Made by a program: the position numbers and the translations under genes. A model generated the notes under the pieces. That model worked only from the letters and a program-made list of their open reading frames with translations, searched no databases and was not told where the DNA came from. From a virus: a stretch of 64,000 bases of DNA. The stretch lies in the IMG/VR virus record IMGVR_UViG_3300005537_000023, positions 9,233 through 73,232 of that record; one strand, 5' to 3'. Shown piece after piece: positions 46,301 through 55,409 of this stretch. Every line of letters begins with the position of its first letter. Position 1 is the first letter of the stretch.

Positions 46301-47470
46301 TCATTGGCGGCCTCCCAGCACCTTGTTCCGCTCCGACGACGCCTCGATAAACGCCACTCGCTGGCCCTCCGGCAACGCGTCAATCTCGGCGGCCTTCTCC
46401 GCCCACAACGCGTTGACGTCCGTGGCTTTCGCGAGCGCATCGAGGAGCGCTTGATACGCGTTGGGCGGCGCAGCCGGCTTGGCCGCTTCCTTCGACTCCT
46501 TCGCTGCGGCGGCAGGCTGCGCCTTCCCCTTCTTCTCCGCCAGTTTCTCCTTCAACTTCTCCGCCGCCGGGTTGACGGGCTTGGCCTCCACGGCTCCTTC
46601 CTGCGCCGGCGCCTTCTTCGCTGCGAGGACGTCCGCCCACTTCTCATCGCCGTCCGCGATGGCCTGGCCGAGTCCGCGCAACTCCGTCAACTCGTCCACC
46701 GTGGCCTCGTCCAGCGGGTGCCCGAGGTACTCCGCCAACTTGTCCGGGTAGATGCCCAGGGCTGCGAAGGCGCCGGCGATCCACTTCTTCTCCGCCGCCG
46801 GATCCGCCGCCGCCGAATCGTTTGCCGTCCGGATGGCGATGGCCATTGAATCGTCCAGCACGTCCCTCGGGATCAACTTCTGCCCCAGCGTGCGCAGCGC
46901 CTTGGATACGAGCGAGTTGCGCTTCTGCAACATCTCGTCTTCCGTGGCGTGGAGAAGATACGTCTTCGCCCCTTGCGAGTTGGTGCGCGACGAGATGGGG
47001 ATGCGCCCGTCGGCCACGGACTTGCGCTCCACCGTTTTTAGGATGGTGACGTCCGCCGAGTGCGTGATGTTGCGCTCCAAGTCCGTCACCTGGACGCGGA
47101 TCGTCTGCTTGTCGGCGTCATCGAAGACGGCCACGGCGGAGGACACGACGTTACCCATCTCCTGCATCGACGTCTCCACGAAACGGATGGACGGCCCCTC
47201 GATGCGCTTGTCGCCGCCGCGAGGCGGTAGGGAGTAGCGCGCGATCTTGGCGAAGCCGGGGCGGCGGCAGTGATCGGCGAGGCGCGTCGAGACATTCAGC
47301 CACGAGCGCGGACGGCCGAGGGCGACGGCGAATTGTGCCTTCACCAACGCTTCCGCGTGGGCTGCGGCGGCCTCGCCAGCCGTCTCCGCCGAGCGCGCGA
47401 GGGACTTCTCTCCGATGGCCTCCGCGGCCGTAGTGCCAGCCGGCACGATCTGCTGTCCGTTGTTGCTCAT
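46301..47470 (-). CDS. Putative recombination (single-strand annealing) partner of YqaJ
   Basis: RPR...ARYSLP...IEGPSIRFVE...MGN motif; directly downstream of the exonuclease. Confidence 0.6.
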   Translation of the reverse strand: MSNNGQQIVPAGTTAAEAIGEKSLARSAETAGEAAAAHAEALVKAQFAVALGRPRSWLNVSTRLADHCRRPGFAKIARYSLPPRGGDKRIEGPSIRFVETSMQEMGNVVSSAVAVFDDADKQTIRVQVTDLERNITHSADVTILKTVERKSVADGRIPISSRTNSQGAKTYLLHATEDEMLQKRNSLVSKALRTLGQKLIPRDVLDDSMAIAIRTANDSAAADPAAEKKWIAGAFAALGIYPDKLAEYLGHPLDEATVDELTELRGLGQAIADGDEKWADVLAAKKAPAQEGAVEAKPVNPAAEKLKEKLAEKKGKAQPAAAAKESKEAAKPAAPPNAYQALLDALAKATDVNALWAEKAAEIDALPEGQRVAFIEASSERNKVLGGRQ

Positions 47471-48336
47471 GTCCGCTTTCCTTTCTTCGTCTCCCTGAGA
47501 TCGAATGCCCGAAACGGTGCCCGCTCGTACGCTTCCACGCGCGAAGCCTCTCGCCAGCGCCACGTCGCGCGCCAGCCGTCACCCTCGATGCCGTCGTGCT
47601 CGCCGATGGCGGCGCACATCTGCGCCTTGGCCTTCTCCATCATGGCCTCCGCGTCCGCCTTGGCGCCCTTCGCGAAGTTGTAGACGCGCGCCCACTCGGC
47701 CAATTCACTCGGCGCCGGCACAATGTCCCCGCGAGACTTCTGGAAGAGGGCCTGTAACGCCTTCGCCGTCGTCCTGTCGTCCACCGGCGGCGGACTGTCG
47801 GCGAGGACGTGATCCACGTGGAAGCGGCGCACCACGTCCAGCACGGCGGATTCCAACTCCACATCGCGATCGATCGTGAAGTGCCGGAAGTCTGTCCCGC
47901 CGATGAAGGCGGCCACGTAGCCCTTCTCCGCGTTGGTGCACGCGATCTGCGTCACCACCTGCACCAGCACGTAATCCGGCACGCCGCCATCCCAGTGGTG
48001 AGCCTGACGCGCTCCCACGAGCTTGCATTCGAGGACGGCGGACTCGCCGAGTACGACGCGATCGGGCGTGGCGCAGATACAGTCATGCAGCGGGTGGACG
48101 ACTGTGCCGCGGTACTCCACCGGCTTGCCCGTCTCGGCGCACCAAGCATCGACGATCGAGGCTTCCCAGCGGTGCCCGTGGCGCATCGCGGGCGAATCCT
48201 CGCGCATGGCGCGGCCGGTGAGCGTGAGGAAGGCATCGAGAGGGCCGGCCCATGGACTCACGCCAACGATAGCGGGGACGAGCGAGGCGCCGATGCGGCC
48301 GGCGCGCAGGGCGAGATCGGATGCAGAAAGCGTCAT
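47467..48336 (-). CDS. YqaJ-like viral recombinase/exonuclease
   Basis: IGAS...IVGVSPW, GHRWE, ATPDR, LECK, PDYVLVQV. Confidence 0.9.
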   Translation of the reverse strand: MTLSASDLALRAGRIGASLVPAIVGVSPWAGPLDAFLTLTGRAMREDSPAMRHGHRWEASIVDAWCAETGKPVEYRGTVVHPLHDCICATPDRVVLGESAVLECKLVGARQAHHWDGGVPDYVLVQVVTQIACTNAEKGYVAAFIGGTDFRHFTIDRDVELESAVLDVVRRFHVDHVLADSPPPVDDRTTAKALQALFQKSRGDIVPAPSELAEWARVYNFAKGAKADAEAMMEKAKAQMCAAIGEHDGIEGDGWRATWRWREASRVEAYERAPFRAFDLRETKKGKRT

Positions 48337-48647
48337 CGCTTCACCACCCAATACGCAACCGCACTCCTACCTGAGCGCGTCGTCCGCCGCCCACGCCCCT
48401 CTATCAGGCCCCCGTTGGCCAATTCGTTGACTCGCGCCGACGCCGTTTGATGGCGCATGTCCAAAATTCTTTCAATGTCGTCACTCGTGGTGCCGTTGCC
48501 GATGAAACTGCGCGCGGCGATCAGGTTGTAGACTTTCGCGCGCAGCCCCTTCAGCGTCTCCGGCGTCAGCGATTCCGCCGCTTCCTTTGACGTCGGGGTG
48601 CCGTTGTGGGGTGCGTCGCCCATGTCTGCGAGGTTGGGATCGCTCAC
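48333..48647 (-). CDS. Winged-helix DNA-binding protein
   Basis: TSKEAA...GTTSDDIE...HQTASARVNEL...RRTTRSGRSA. Confidence 0.75.
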   Translation of the reverse strand: MSDPNLADMGDAPHNGTPTSKEAAESLTPETLKGLRAKVYNLIAARSFIGNGTTSDDIERILDMRHQTASARVNELANGGLIEGRGRRTTRSGRSAVAYWVVKR

Positions 48648-49378
48648 GACGTCACCTCCACGAGGTTCCCCTTCTCGTCCGCGCGATACTTCACATTGGG
48701 CTTGATGCCGTTTTCGCCGACATATCCAACGGCGAGCCGGTACCGCGTGCCGTCGTACCAGCGGATGCGGAGTTCGCCGCCGTCGCCGCTCGTCGAGGTG
48801 CCGCGGTCGCCGCTCGTCGAGGTGCCGCCGTCGCCGCTCGTCGAGGTGCCGCGGACGCCGCTCGTCGAGGTGCCGCCGTCGCCGCTCGTCGAGGTGCCGC
48901 CGTAGCCGCTCGTCGAGGTGCCGCCGTCGCCGCTCGTCGAGGTGCCGCCGTAGCCGCTCGTCGAGGTGCCGCCGTCGCCGCTCGCTACGGTTGCTCCATG
49001 CACCGCATGCCCCGCCTCGCCGTACTGGACGAGATACGACGTCGCTGTCAGCCGGTCCCCGCAGCACAACACCTCGCCGCGCGGAAACTTCACCTTCGCA
49101 TCGTCGATCTTGACGACTTCATCCGCACGCACCTTGACCACGAGCCACTTGGCGTCGTCGCTCCAATTCATCAGAGACGCGTCGCCCTCGCCCCAAAGCA
49201 AACCGTGCAACCCATTGCCGCACGTGGGCGTCGGCTTCCAATCCTTACACTGGACGCGACCTTTCTTCGGCCACTTGAATCCGCCATGACTCGTCATGTC
49301 CGCGGCGCAGGTGCGGAGGATGAGGACGTAACGCGGCGCTGGCTTCTTCTTCGCCCGCGCCCTCTTCTTCGTTGCCAT
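48644..49378 (-). CDS. DUF7666-like domain plus octapeptide-repeat protein
   Basis: GGFKWP...CGNGLHG...KVKFP then (SG[DYV][GR]GTST) repeats. Confidence 0.75.
   Translation of the reverse strand: MATKKRARAKKKPAPRYVLILRTCAADMTSHGGFKWPKKGRVQCKDWKPTPTCGNGLHGLLWGEGDASLMNWSDDAKWLVVKVRADEVVKIDDAKVKFPRGEVLCCGDRLTATSYLVQYGEAGHAVHGATVASGDGGTSTSGYGGTSTSGDGGTSTSGYGGTSTSGDGGTSTSGVRGTSTSGDGGTSTSGDRGTSTSGDGGELRIRWYDGTRYRLAVGYVGENGIKPNVKYRADEKGNLVEVTS
48776..48984. repeat. 24 bp coding tandem repeat, 8 copies plus a partial
   Basis: GCCGCTCGTCGAGGTGCCGC recurs every 24 nt from 48785 to 48953. Confidence 0.9.
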
Positions 49379-50246
49379 CACTTCACCTCGCTTCCGCGGT
49401 AGTCTTTCGGATCGGGGGCGGCCTTGTAGGCGGCGGCCTTGGCCTTCGCTGCCTCTTTCGCGGCCAACGCGCTGGCCTCGCGCCATGTGATGATTTTCTC
49501 CGTGGCCATCTTGGAAAGCAGGGCTGGCAGCGCCAGCGGCCAGCCAGCCATCGCCGTCCTCCTCCTCCATGTGCGTCTCGCCGCGCATCGCCGTCACTTC
49601 GGCCACGGCCCTGTCAATGCGCGCCTCCACCGCGGGGTTGATTAGAGCGCCCCTTCGCTGCCAGTTGCGCAGCTGCGGCGGCGTCGCGTTGGCGCGGGCG
49701 CAGACAAGGGCGAATTCCTCGCGCGTCAAGTAGCGGCCAGCGAGGGGGCTGCGGGGGAGGGGCATTACTTGCGCGCCTCCCACGCGTGGACGAGATCGGC
49801 GAGGACGGCGATTGGGATGAGGGCCGTTTGAGAGGGATCTTTCGCCGTGTCTTCTTCCACGGCGATGTCCACCTCAACCTCGCCGTCCTCGTCCAGCGCG
49901 ACGAAAACGCGGTTGTACGAGGTGTCGTGGGATTCGCCAGATCCGTAGGGCCCTCGCCACATCACGCGGTGCCGATCCGCGCTGCGCTTCCACCCCTCGA
50001 CGGCGGGCAGGGTGTACTCACTCGCCATCGCCGTGCCCCTCCGCCTCACCACAGTCATTCGCCGGCGCCGGCATCGTGTCCCGAAGCGCATCCTCCATGT
50101 CCGCCCTCTCCGATTCGACGAGGAGGGCCGCCGCGACGGCCAAGGCTTTTTCGGACGCGTGGCTGGTGAATGCGTCGGCGTGCAGTCTGCCGTGGAGGTC
50201 GTCGTCGAAGGTGCGGGGCATGGGGGCTCCTTTCGGGGTGGCTGCG

Positions 50247-50360
50247 ATACTGCGCGCCTGTCAGACGTCTGTCAAGTGGACAGATTCACCCGGCCGCGCA
50301 GATTTATTTTCGGTTGAACGCGCGAGGGCCCTTGACTGTCTGACTCGGGGCCAGTACAAG
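50247..50360. promoter_or_regulatory. Divergent early promoters (PL/PR-like)
   Basis: Plus strand TTGACT 50332-37, N17, TACAAG 50355-60; minus strand TTGACA 50275-70; GTCTGAC in both spacers. Confidence 0.6.
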
Positions 50361-50369
50361 AGGCGTTGC

Positions 50370-50567
50370 ATGAAGAAATCACCAGGCATGCGGTTGGCGG
50401 AGGCGATCAAGGCGAGGGGCCTCACGCACGAGAAAGTGGAGAGAGCGTTGCGCGTTTCGCGCGGCGTCGTCAGTCGCTGGATCCATGGCGACAGGCGGCC
50501 GACGATTGAGAATGCGCTGCGCCTGCGAAAACGCTTCGGCATCGAGGTGGAGGCGTGGGCGGCATGA
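50370..50567 (+). CDS. Cro/XRE-family HTH regulator
   Basis: RGLTHEKVERALRVSRGVVSRWIHGDRRPTIENALRL. Confidence 0.85.
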   Translation: MKKSPGMRLAEAIKARGLTHEKVERALRVSRGVVSRWIHGDRRPTIENALRLRKRFGIEVEAWAA

Positions 50568-50738
50568 CGACTCAACCGAAAACCTGGACGTACTACGAGG
50601 TGCGCACACGCGATCGCCTGCACTTCGAGACGCTGTACCTGAACCACGCGCAAGGCTTCGTAAAGGAACGTTTCGAGGCCACTGGTGAAATCGCCGAAAT
50701 CTTCGCGGTCGACAGGGCCGCCGGAAAGGACACGTGAC

Positions 50739-50990
50739 ATGCCCCCCAACATCAACAGCCTGGCCCAATTGATGACGGACATTTCCAACATCAAAGCGCA
50801 ACTCACCACCGTCGAAAGCCGCCTCACCACCGTGGAAGGGCAGGTGGCCACCGCCGCGAAGAACGCCGAGATCGAGCGACTGAACGCCCTCGTTGCCACC
50901 CTCCGCGCCGATCTCGACGCCGTCCGCGAGGCCACCAGCGGCTTCGGGGTGAGGCTGACGGCGGTGGAGAAGAAAGGGAAGGGCAAATGA
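50739..50990 (+). CDS. Small coiled-coil protein
   Basis: Heptads LTTVESRLTTVEGQV; AAAGGA RBS. Confidence 0.6.
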   Translation: MPPNINSLAQLMTDISNIKAQLTTVESRLTTVEGQVATAAKNAEIERLNALVATLRADLDAVREATSGFGVRLTAVEKKGKGK

Positions 50991-51298
50991 GCGCCAAGGG
51001 CAAGCCGGACGGCAAGCGCGCCGTCCTCATCACCGACACGCATCGCGGCATCTACTTCGGCTACCTCGTGGAGGAGTTGGAGGGCGGGAATGCGGTGCGC
51101 CTCGAAAACGCGCGCCACTGCTGGTCGTACGTCTGCCTCCCCGATCATCCTGGCGTGTACGGACTTGCGTCCGGTGGCCCCGGCCCTGGCAGCCGCATCG
51201 GCCCACGATGGAATGGCAAGGTGCGCGACGTCTCCAAAGTCGTCGACGTCAGCGCGTCCGCCGTCGCCAAGTGGGAGGCCGCGGAGTGGAAGCGGTAA
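50987..51298 (+). CDS. DUF6948-like (Sm-like fold) phage protein
   Basis: VLITDTHRGIYFGYL...LENARHCWSY...GLASGGP. Confidence 0.7.
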   Translation: MSAKGKPDGKRAVLITDTHRGIYFGYLVEELEGGNAVRLENARHCWSYVCLPDHPGVYGLASGGPGPGSRIGPRWNGKVRDVSKVVDVSASAVAKWEAAEWKR

Positions 51299-51822
51299 AC
51301 CGGAAAGTCATCTCGGCTGGCGACGGCGGCGGCGACGGCGGCGGCGACGGCGGCGGCGGCGGCTACGGCGACGGCGGCGGCTACGGCGGCGGCGACGGCT
51401 ACGGCGACGGCGACGGCGACGGCTACGGCGACGGCGACGGCGGCGGCGACGGCTACGGCGACGGCGGCGGCTACGGCGACGGCGGCGGCTACGGCGGCGG
51501 CGGCGGCTACGGCGGCGGCGGCGAGATCGAGGTTGAAGAATCGCAACCAATCGCCGCCTATCACTTCGTCCCCAAAAATGGCCTACTCCGCCATGCCCAC
51601 GGCGGCCAGCGCCCGAAGGCGGAGGTGGGCCTCGTGCTGCGGTGGGAAAGCGAGTTGTCCATGTGCTCGGCCGGCCTGCACGCCTCACTCGAAATCGAAC
51701 AAGCGCGCAGGTACTGCAACGGTATCCTCACCCGCGTTGCCTGCTACGGCCGCATTCGCTTCGGCGAAGACAAGCTGGTTTGCCAGGTGCGCGAGGTGAT
51801 TGAAGTGCTGGGCGAGGTCTGA
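51286..51822 (+). CDS. Gly-Asp-Gly-Tyr repeat protein with DUF7666-like C-terminal domain
   Basis: (GDG/GYG) repeat then MCSAGLHAS...EDKLVC. Confidence 0.7.
   Translation: MEAVNRKVISAGDGGGDGGGDGGGGGYGDGGGYGGGDGYGDGDGDGYGDGDGGGDGYGDGGGYGDGGGYGGGGGYGGGGEIEVEESQPIAAYHFVPKNGLLRHAHGGQRPKAEVGLVLRWESELSMCSAGLHASLEIEQARRYCNGILTRVACYGRIRFGEDKLVCQVREVIEVLGEV
51318..51522 (+). repeat. GGC/GAC/TAC low-complexity coding repeat
   Basis: Run of GGCGAC, GGCGGC and GGCTAC units. Confidence 0.85.
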
Positions 51823-51826
51823 CGCC

Positions 51827-52315
51827 ATGCCTCACCGCCACGCCACCCCCAACCCCGCCGATCCGCGCTACCCCGACATGCTGGCCAAGCGCGCCAGCGG
51901 CCTCACCATGCAGGCCATCGGCGCCGAGTACGGCATCTCACGGGAGAGGGTGCGGCAGATCATCGGCAACCAAGGGTATCTGCCGCCCGAGGACTGGACG
52001 GGGCGGAAGCGCCGATGGCTGACGGTGATCGATGGCACCACCTCTCCGCGCATCACTGTCCAGTGCAAGTGCGGGACGGTAAAGGAGGTGAGGCGCGGCA
52101 ACTTCATGCATCCTCGCGCGTGGTCGTGCGGCTGCTACCAACGGAAGGTGGTGGGCGCCCTTCGCCGGAAGCTTTCGGACGCCGACGTGCGGCGACTGCG
52201 GCGCTGGCGCGACAACGGATGGACGTTCAAGGCGCTCGCGGCGCACTTCGGGATTAGTCACATGTACGCATGGCAACTTTACAATCGATGGCATGGAAGG
52301 AGGGCCGGGGCATGA
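51827..52315 (+). CDS. Double-HTH protein with HNH-family N-terminal-like zinc module
   Basis: GLTMQAIGAEYGISRERVRQI; QCKCG...SCGC; TFKALAAHFGIS. Confidence 0.65.
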   Translation: MPHRHATPNPADPRYPDMLAKRASGLTMQAIGAEYGISRERVRQIIGNQGYLPPEDWTGRKRRWLTVIDGTTSPRITVQCKCGTVKEVRRGNFMHPRAWSCGCYQRKVVGALRRKLSDADVRRLRRWRDNGWTFKALAAHFGISHMYAWQLYNRWHGRRAGA

Positions 52316-54312
52316 CTGACCTAGAGGCCTATCGCGCGTTCATTGCGCGGAAGCTTGCGACGGCGCCCGTCGAAGGCATCCCCAACCACGGCCCCATCTC
52401 GCCGCTACTCTTTCCGCACCAACGGACGATGGTGGACGTGGCGTTGCGGAAGGGACGATTCGCGCTCTTCCACGACACAGGGCTGGGCAAAGGGTGGCAA
52501 ATCCTCGAATGGGCGCGGCTCGTTGGCGAGCACACCGGCAAGCCCGTGCTCGTCCTAGCGCCGCTCGCCGTCGCCCGGCAATTCGAGCGCGAGGCCGCCA
52601 AACTCGGGACGGCCGTGCGCATCGTCTCGTCCGCCGCCGACGTCGGGCCTGGCATCAACGTCACCAACTACCACAAGCTGCACAAATTCGACGTATCGGT
52701 CTTCTCGGGCGTGGCGCTGGACGAGTCCTCGATCTTGAAGTCTTTCGACGGCACGACACGCACGGCCTTGATCGAAGCCTTCGCCAACACGCCGTACCGA
52801 CTTTGCGCGACGGCGACGCCTTCGCCCAACGATCACACGGAGTTGGGCAATCACGGCATGTTTCTCGGCGTCATGTCGTACGCGGAGATGCTGTCCATGT
52901 TTTTCGTGCACGACGGCAGTAGCAGCGCGTCGACGGGCGGATGGAGGTTGAAGGGGCACGCGCGCGACGTTTTCTGGCGATGGGTTGCGACGTGGGCGGC
53001 AAGCCTTCGCCGTCCGTCGGACCTTGGATTCGCTGACGACGGCTACGACCTCCCGCCGATGACTTTCCACGAGCACGTCATCCCCGGCGATTTGAAGCAG
53101 GCGCACGCGTCCGGCGCGCTATTCGTCACCGCCGCGTCCACGCTCGCAGAGCAACGCGCGGCACGGCGCGGGACGTTGGACGCACGCGTGGCGAAGTGCG
53201 CGGAGATCGTTGCCGCGGAACCGGACCAAGATTTTCTGATATGGGTGGACCTGAATGACGAGGGCGACGCGATTGAAGCAGCCGTGCCTGGCGCCGTCCA
53301 AGTGTCTGGTTCTGACGACGACGATTTCAAGGTATCGGCCGCCGAGTGGTTTTCTGGAGGTTGCGCGTGTCCGTGCGGAAAAACTACTGGAACGAGCGAT
53401 ATCACTCGGATGAGGACTGGCGACGCGAGCGCATCGCAAAATCCAAGCAGAGATGGGAGTCGCTTCCAATCGACGCGAGACGCAAATATCAGCGAGAGTA
53501 CATGCGTGAGTACTCCAAGCGACCAGACGTCATCGCCAAACGCGCGGCCAAGCGACTTGAACGACTCGCCAAGCGACGCCAGCAGTACGCGTCCGACCCA
53601 TCGCTCAGGGAGCGGTACCGACGATACGCCAAAGAATGGGCGGCAAAAAACCCGGACAAGCGTGAGGAGTGGAGGCTCAGCGCCTACGGACTCACTCAAC
53701 CACAATGGGACGCCATGCTCGCCAAGCAGGGCGGGTGTTGCGCAATCTGCGGAAGGGCTAACGGGACAGAGCGTACCAGACTATCCAGGAACGGCCGTAG
53801 ACGGTTGCATATCGACCACTGCCACGCGACCGGAATCGTGCGTGGACTCCTTTGCGGGCCATGCAATCTTGGGATCGGGTACTTCTCTGACGACATCGGC
53901 AAGCTCAGAAAGGCGATTCTGTACCTGCGGAAGGCCTCTCGGAGGAAGAAAGGTGCTCGTCTCTAAGAGTGCGATTTTTGGCTTTGGGCTTAACTTCCAG
54001 ACTTGCTCGCGCGTCGTCTTCTGCGGCGTCTCTCACAGTTTCGAGGGGTGGTACCAGGCCATTCGCCGCGTGTGGCGATTCGGCCAGCGCAACCCCGTCA
54101 ACGTGCACATGGTCACGAGCGAGTTGGAGGGGCGTGTCGTGGAAAACCTGAAACGGAAGCAGCGCGACGCGGAGGACATGGCGCAGTCCATGGTGGCTGC
54201 GATGGCGGACTTCTGTCGCGCGGAGATTGGTGCGACGCAGAGGCAGACGATCGACTACAGCCCGACGGTACCCATGAGGGTGCCGGCGTGGTTGAGGACG
54301 GAGGGGACGTGA
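52312..54312 (+). CDS. SNF2-like SF2 helicase with a ~195 aa Ser/Thr-rich in-frame insertion
   Basis: LFPHQ, DTGLGKG, LDESSILK, TATPSPND, FGFGLNFQ, YQAIRRVWRFGQ. Confidence 0.88.
   Translation: MTDLEAYRAFIARKLATAPVEGIPNHGPISPLLFPHQRTMVDVALRKGRFALFHDTGLGKGWQILEWARLVGEHTGKPVLVLAPLAVARQFEREAAKLGTAVRIVSSAADVGPGINVTNYHKLHKFDVSVFSGVALDESSILKSFDGTTRTALIEAFANTPYRLCATATPSPNDHTELGNHGMFLGVMSYAEMLSMFFVHDGSSSASTGGWRLKGHARDVFWRWVATWAASLRRPSDLGFADDGYDLPPMTFHEHVIPGDLKQAHASGALFVTAASTLAEQRAARRGTLDARVAKCAEIVAAEPDQDFLIWVDLNDEGDAIEAAVPGAVQVSGSDDDDFKVSAAEWFSGGCACPCGKTTGTSDITRMRTGDASASQNPSRDGSRFQSTRDANISESTCVSTPSDQTSSPNARPSDLNDSPSDASSTRPTHRSGSGTDDTPKNGRQKTRTSVRSGGSAPTDSLNHNGTPCSPSRAGVAQSAEGLTGQSVPDYPGTAVDGCISTTATRPESCVDSFAGHAILGSGTSLTTSASSERRFCTCGRPLGGRKVLVSKSAIFGFGLNFQTCSRVVFCGVSHSFEGWYQAIRRVWRFGQRNPVNVHMVTSELEGRVVENLKRKQRDAEDMAQSMVAAMADFCRAEIGATQRQTIDYSPTVPMRVPAWLRTEGT
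53367..53966 (+). CDS. Endonuclease VII-type HNH homing endonuclease nested out of frame in the helicase
   Basis: GGAGG 53356-60 then GTG 53367; YGLT...QGGCCAIC...LHIDHCHATGIVRGLLCGPCNLGIG...AILYL. Confidence 0.88.
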   Translation: MSVRKNYWNERYHSDEDWRRERIAKSKQRWESLPIDARRKYQREYMREYSKRPDVIAKRAAKRLERLAKRRQQYASDPSLRERYRRYAKEWAAKNPDKREEWRLSAYGLTQPQWDAMLAKQGGCCAICGRANGTERTRLSRNGRRRLHIDHCHATGIVRGLLCGPCNLGIGYFSDDIGKLRKAILYLRKASRRKKGARL

Positions 54313-55409
54313 GCGATCTTGCGGCACGCCCAACGTTGCTAGTCTCCGTGGAGAAGGCGCGCGATCTGCTGGCCAAGGCGCGCACGTTCGATGACGTGAA
54401 ACGCGTGCGCGATGTCGCCGTGGCGATGCGTGCGTACGCTAGGACGCAGAAGGCCGGCCGGGAGATCGCACTCGACGCAGCCGAGATAGTCTTCCGCGCC
54501 GACGCGCGCATGGGGGAGTTGGCGAGGGGGTTGGCGAAGGTGCCGGCGGGACGTGAAAAGAATAGGTCCGGCCCTCGGACCAATTCCAAGCTCGCCACCC
54601 TCGCCGACCTCGGGGTGACGAAGCAGAGGGCGAGCGAGCAGCAGCGGGTGGCGTCCATGGGCGAGGACGTGTGGGAGAAATACCTGCGCGCGTGCCGCGG
54701 AGAAGGCCGTGCTCCAGTGACATCCGAAGCGGCCAAGATTGCAGCGATGCCCCCGCGCGCGATGACCAGCGTTATCACCAGGATGGCGAAGGGGGAGGCA
54801 ACAAGAAGCGTCCTCGCCGAAGCCTGTCGGGCGATCCGCGTCGGCAAGTTGGCCGAGATCGCGAAAGGCGAGGTGCCATTAACCGGATCGATGGGGCGGT
54901 TTCCTGTGATCTTGGCCGATCCGCCATGGCGATACGAGCACGTGAAAACGGAGAGCCGGGCGATCGAAAACCAGTACCCGTCCATGGATCTAGACGACAT
55001 CCGCCGAATGCCCGTCGCGGATATCGCCACGACAGACTCCATCCTTTTTCTGTGGGCGACGTCGCCCAAGTTGACGGAGTCCCTGTCAGTTGTGGACGCG
55101 TGGGGATTCACCTACCGGACGTGCGCCGTGTGGACCAAGGACATGATTGGTATGGGGTACTACTTCCGTCAGCAACACGAACTGCTTCTCGTATGCACTC
55201 GCGGAAACCCACCGACGCCGGCACCGTCCGATCGCGTATCGTCGGTTGTGTCCGCGTCGCGAGGCAAGCACTCCGCCAAGCCGGTGGAATTCTACGAGAT
55301 CATTGAGCGGATGTACCCGACCCTACCAAAGGTTGAGTTATTCTGCCGATCGCCGCGCAGTGGTTGGCAGGCATGGGGCAATCAGGCCAGCAAGGAGGCT
55401 GCCGAATGA
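54309..55409 (+). CDS. MT-A70-family adenine methyltransferase
   Basis: VILADPPWRY, YPSM, LFLWAT, GMGYYFRQQHELLL, HSAKP, KVELFCR, WGNQ. Confidence 0.9.
   Translation: MSDLAARPTLLVSVEKARDLLAKARTFDDVKRVRDVAVAMRAYARTQKAGREIALDAAEIVFRADARMGELARGLAKVPAGREKNRSGPRTNSKLATLADLGVTKQRASEQQRVASMGEDVWEKYLRACRGEGRAPVTSEAAKIAAMPPRAMTSVITRMAKGEATRSVLAEACRAIRVGKLAEIAKGEVPLTGSMGRFPVILADPPWRYEHVKTESRAIENQYPSMDLDDIRRMPVADIATTDSILFLWATSPKLTESLSVVDAWGFTYRTCAVWTKDMIGMGYYFRQQHELLLVCTRGNPPTPAPSDRVSSVVSASRGKHSAKPVEFYEIIERMYPTLPKVELFCRSPRSGWQAWGNQASKEAAE

Noticed and set aside
48776-48984. 24 bp direct repeats as a possible CRISPR array
   Set aside because: The units are contiguous with no unique spacers, lie in frame within a CDS, and no cas genes are present
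51145-51688. Poly-Arg and poly-Ala/Val ORFs in alternative frames
   Set aside because: Shadow frames of the GGC/GAC/TAC repeat
53356-53966. Helicase insert as an intein or IS
   Set aside because: No Hint-domain blocks or terminal HN-(C/S/T), and no inverted repeats or target duplication seen; a group I intron could not be excluded by eye
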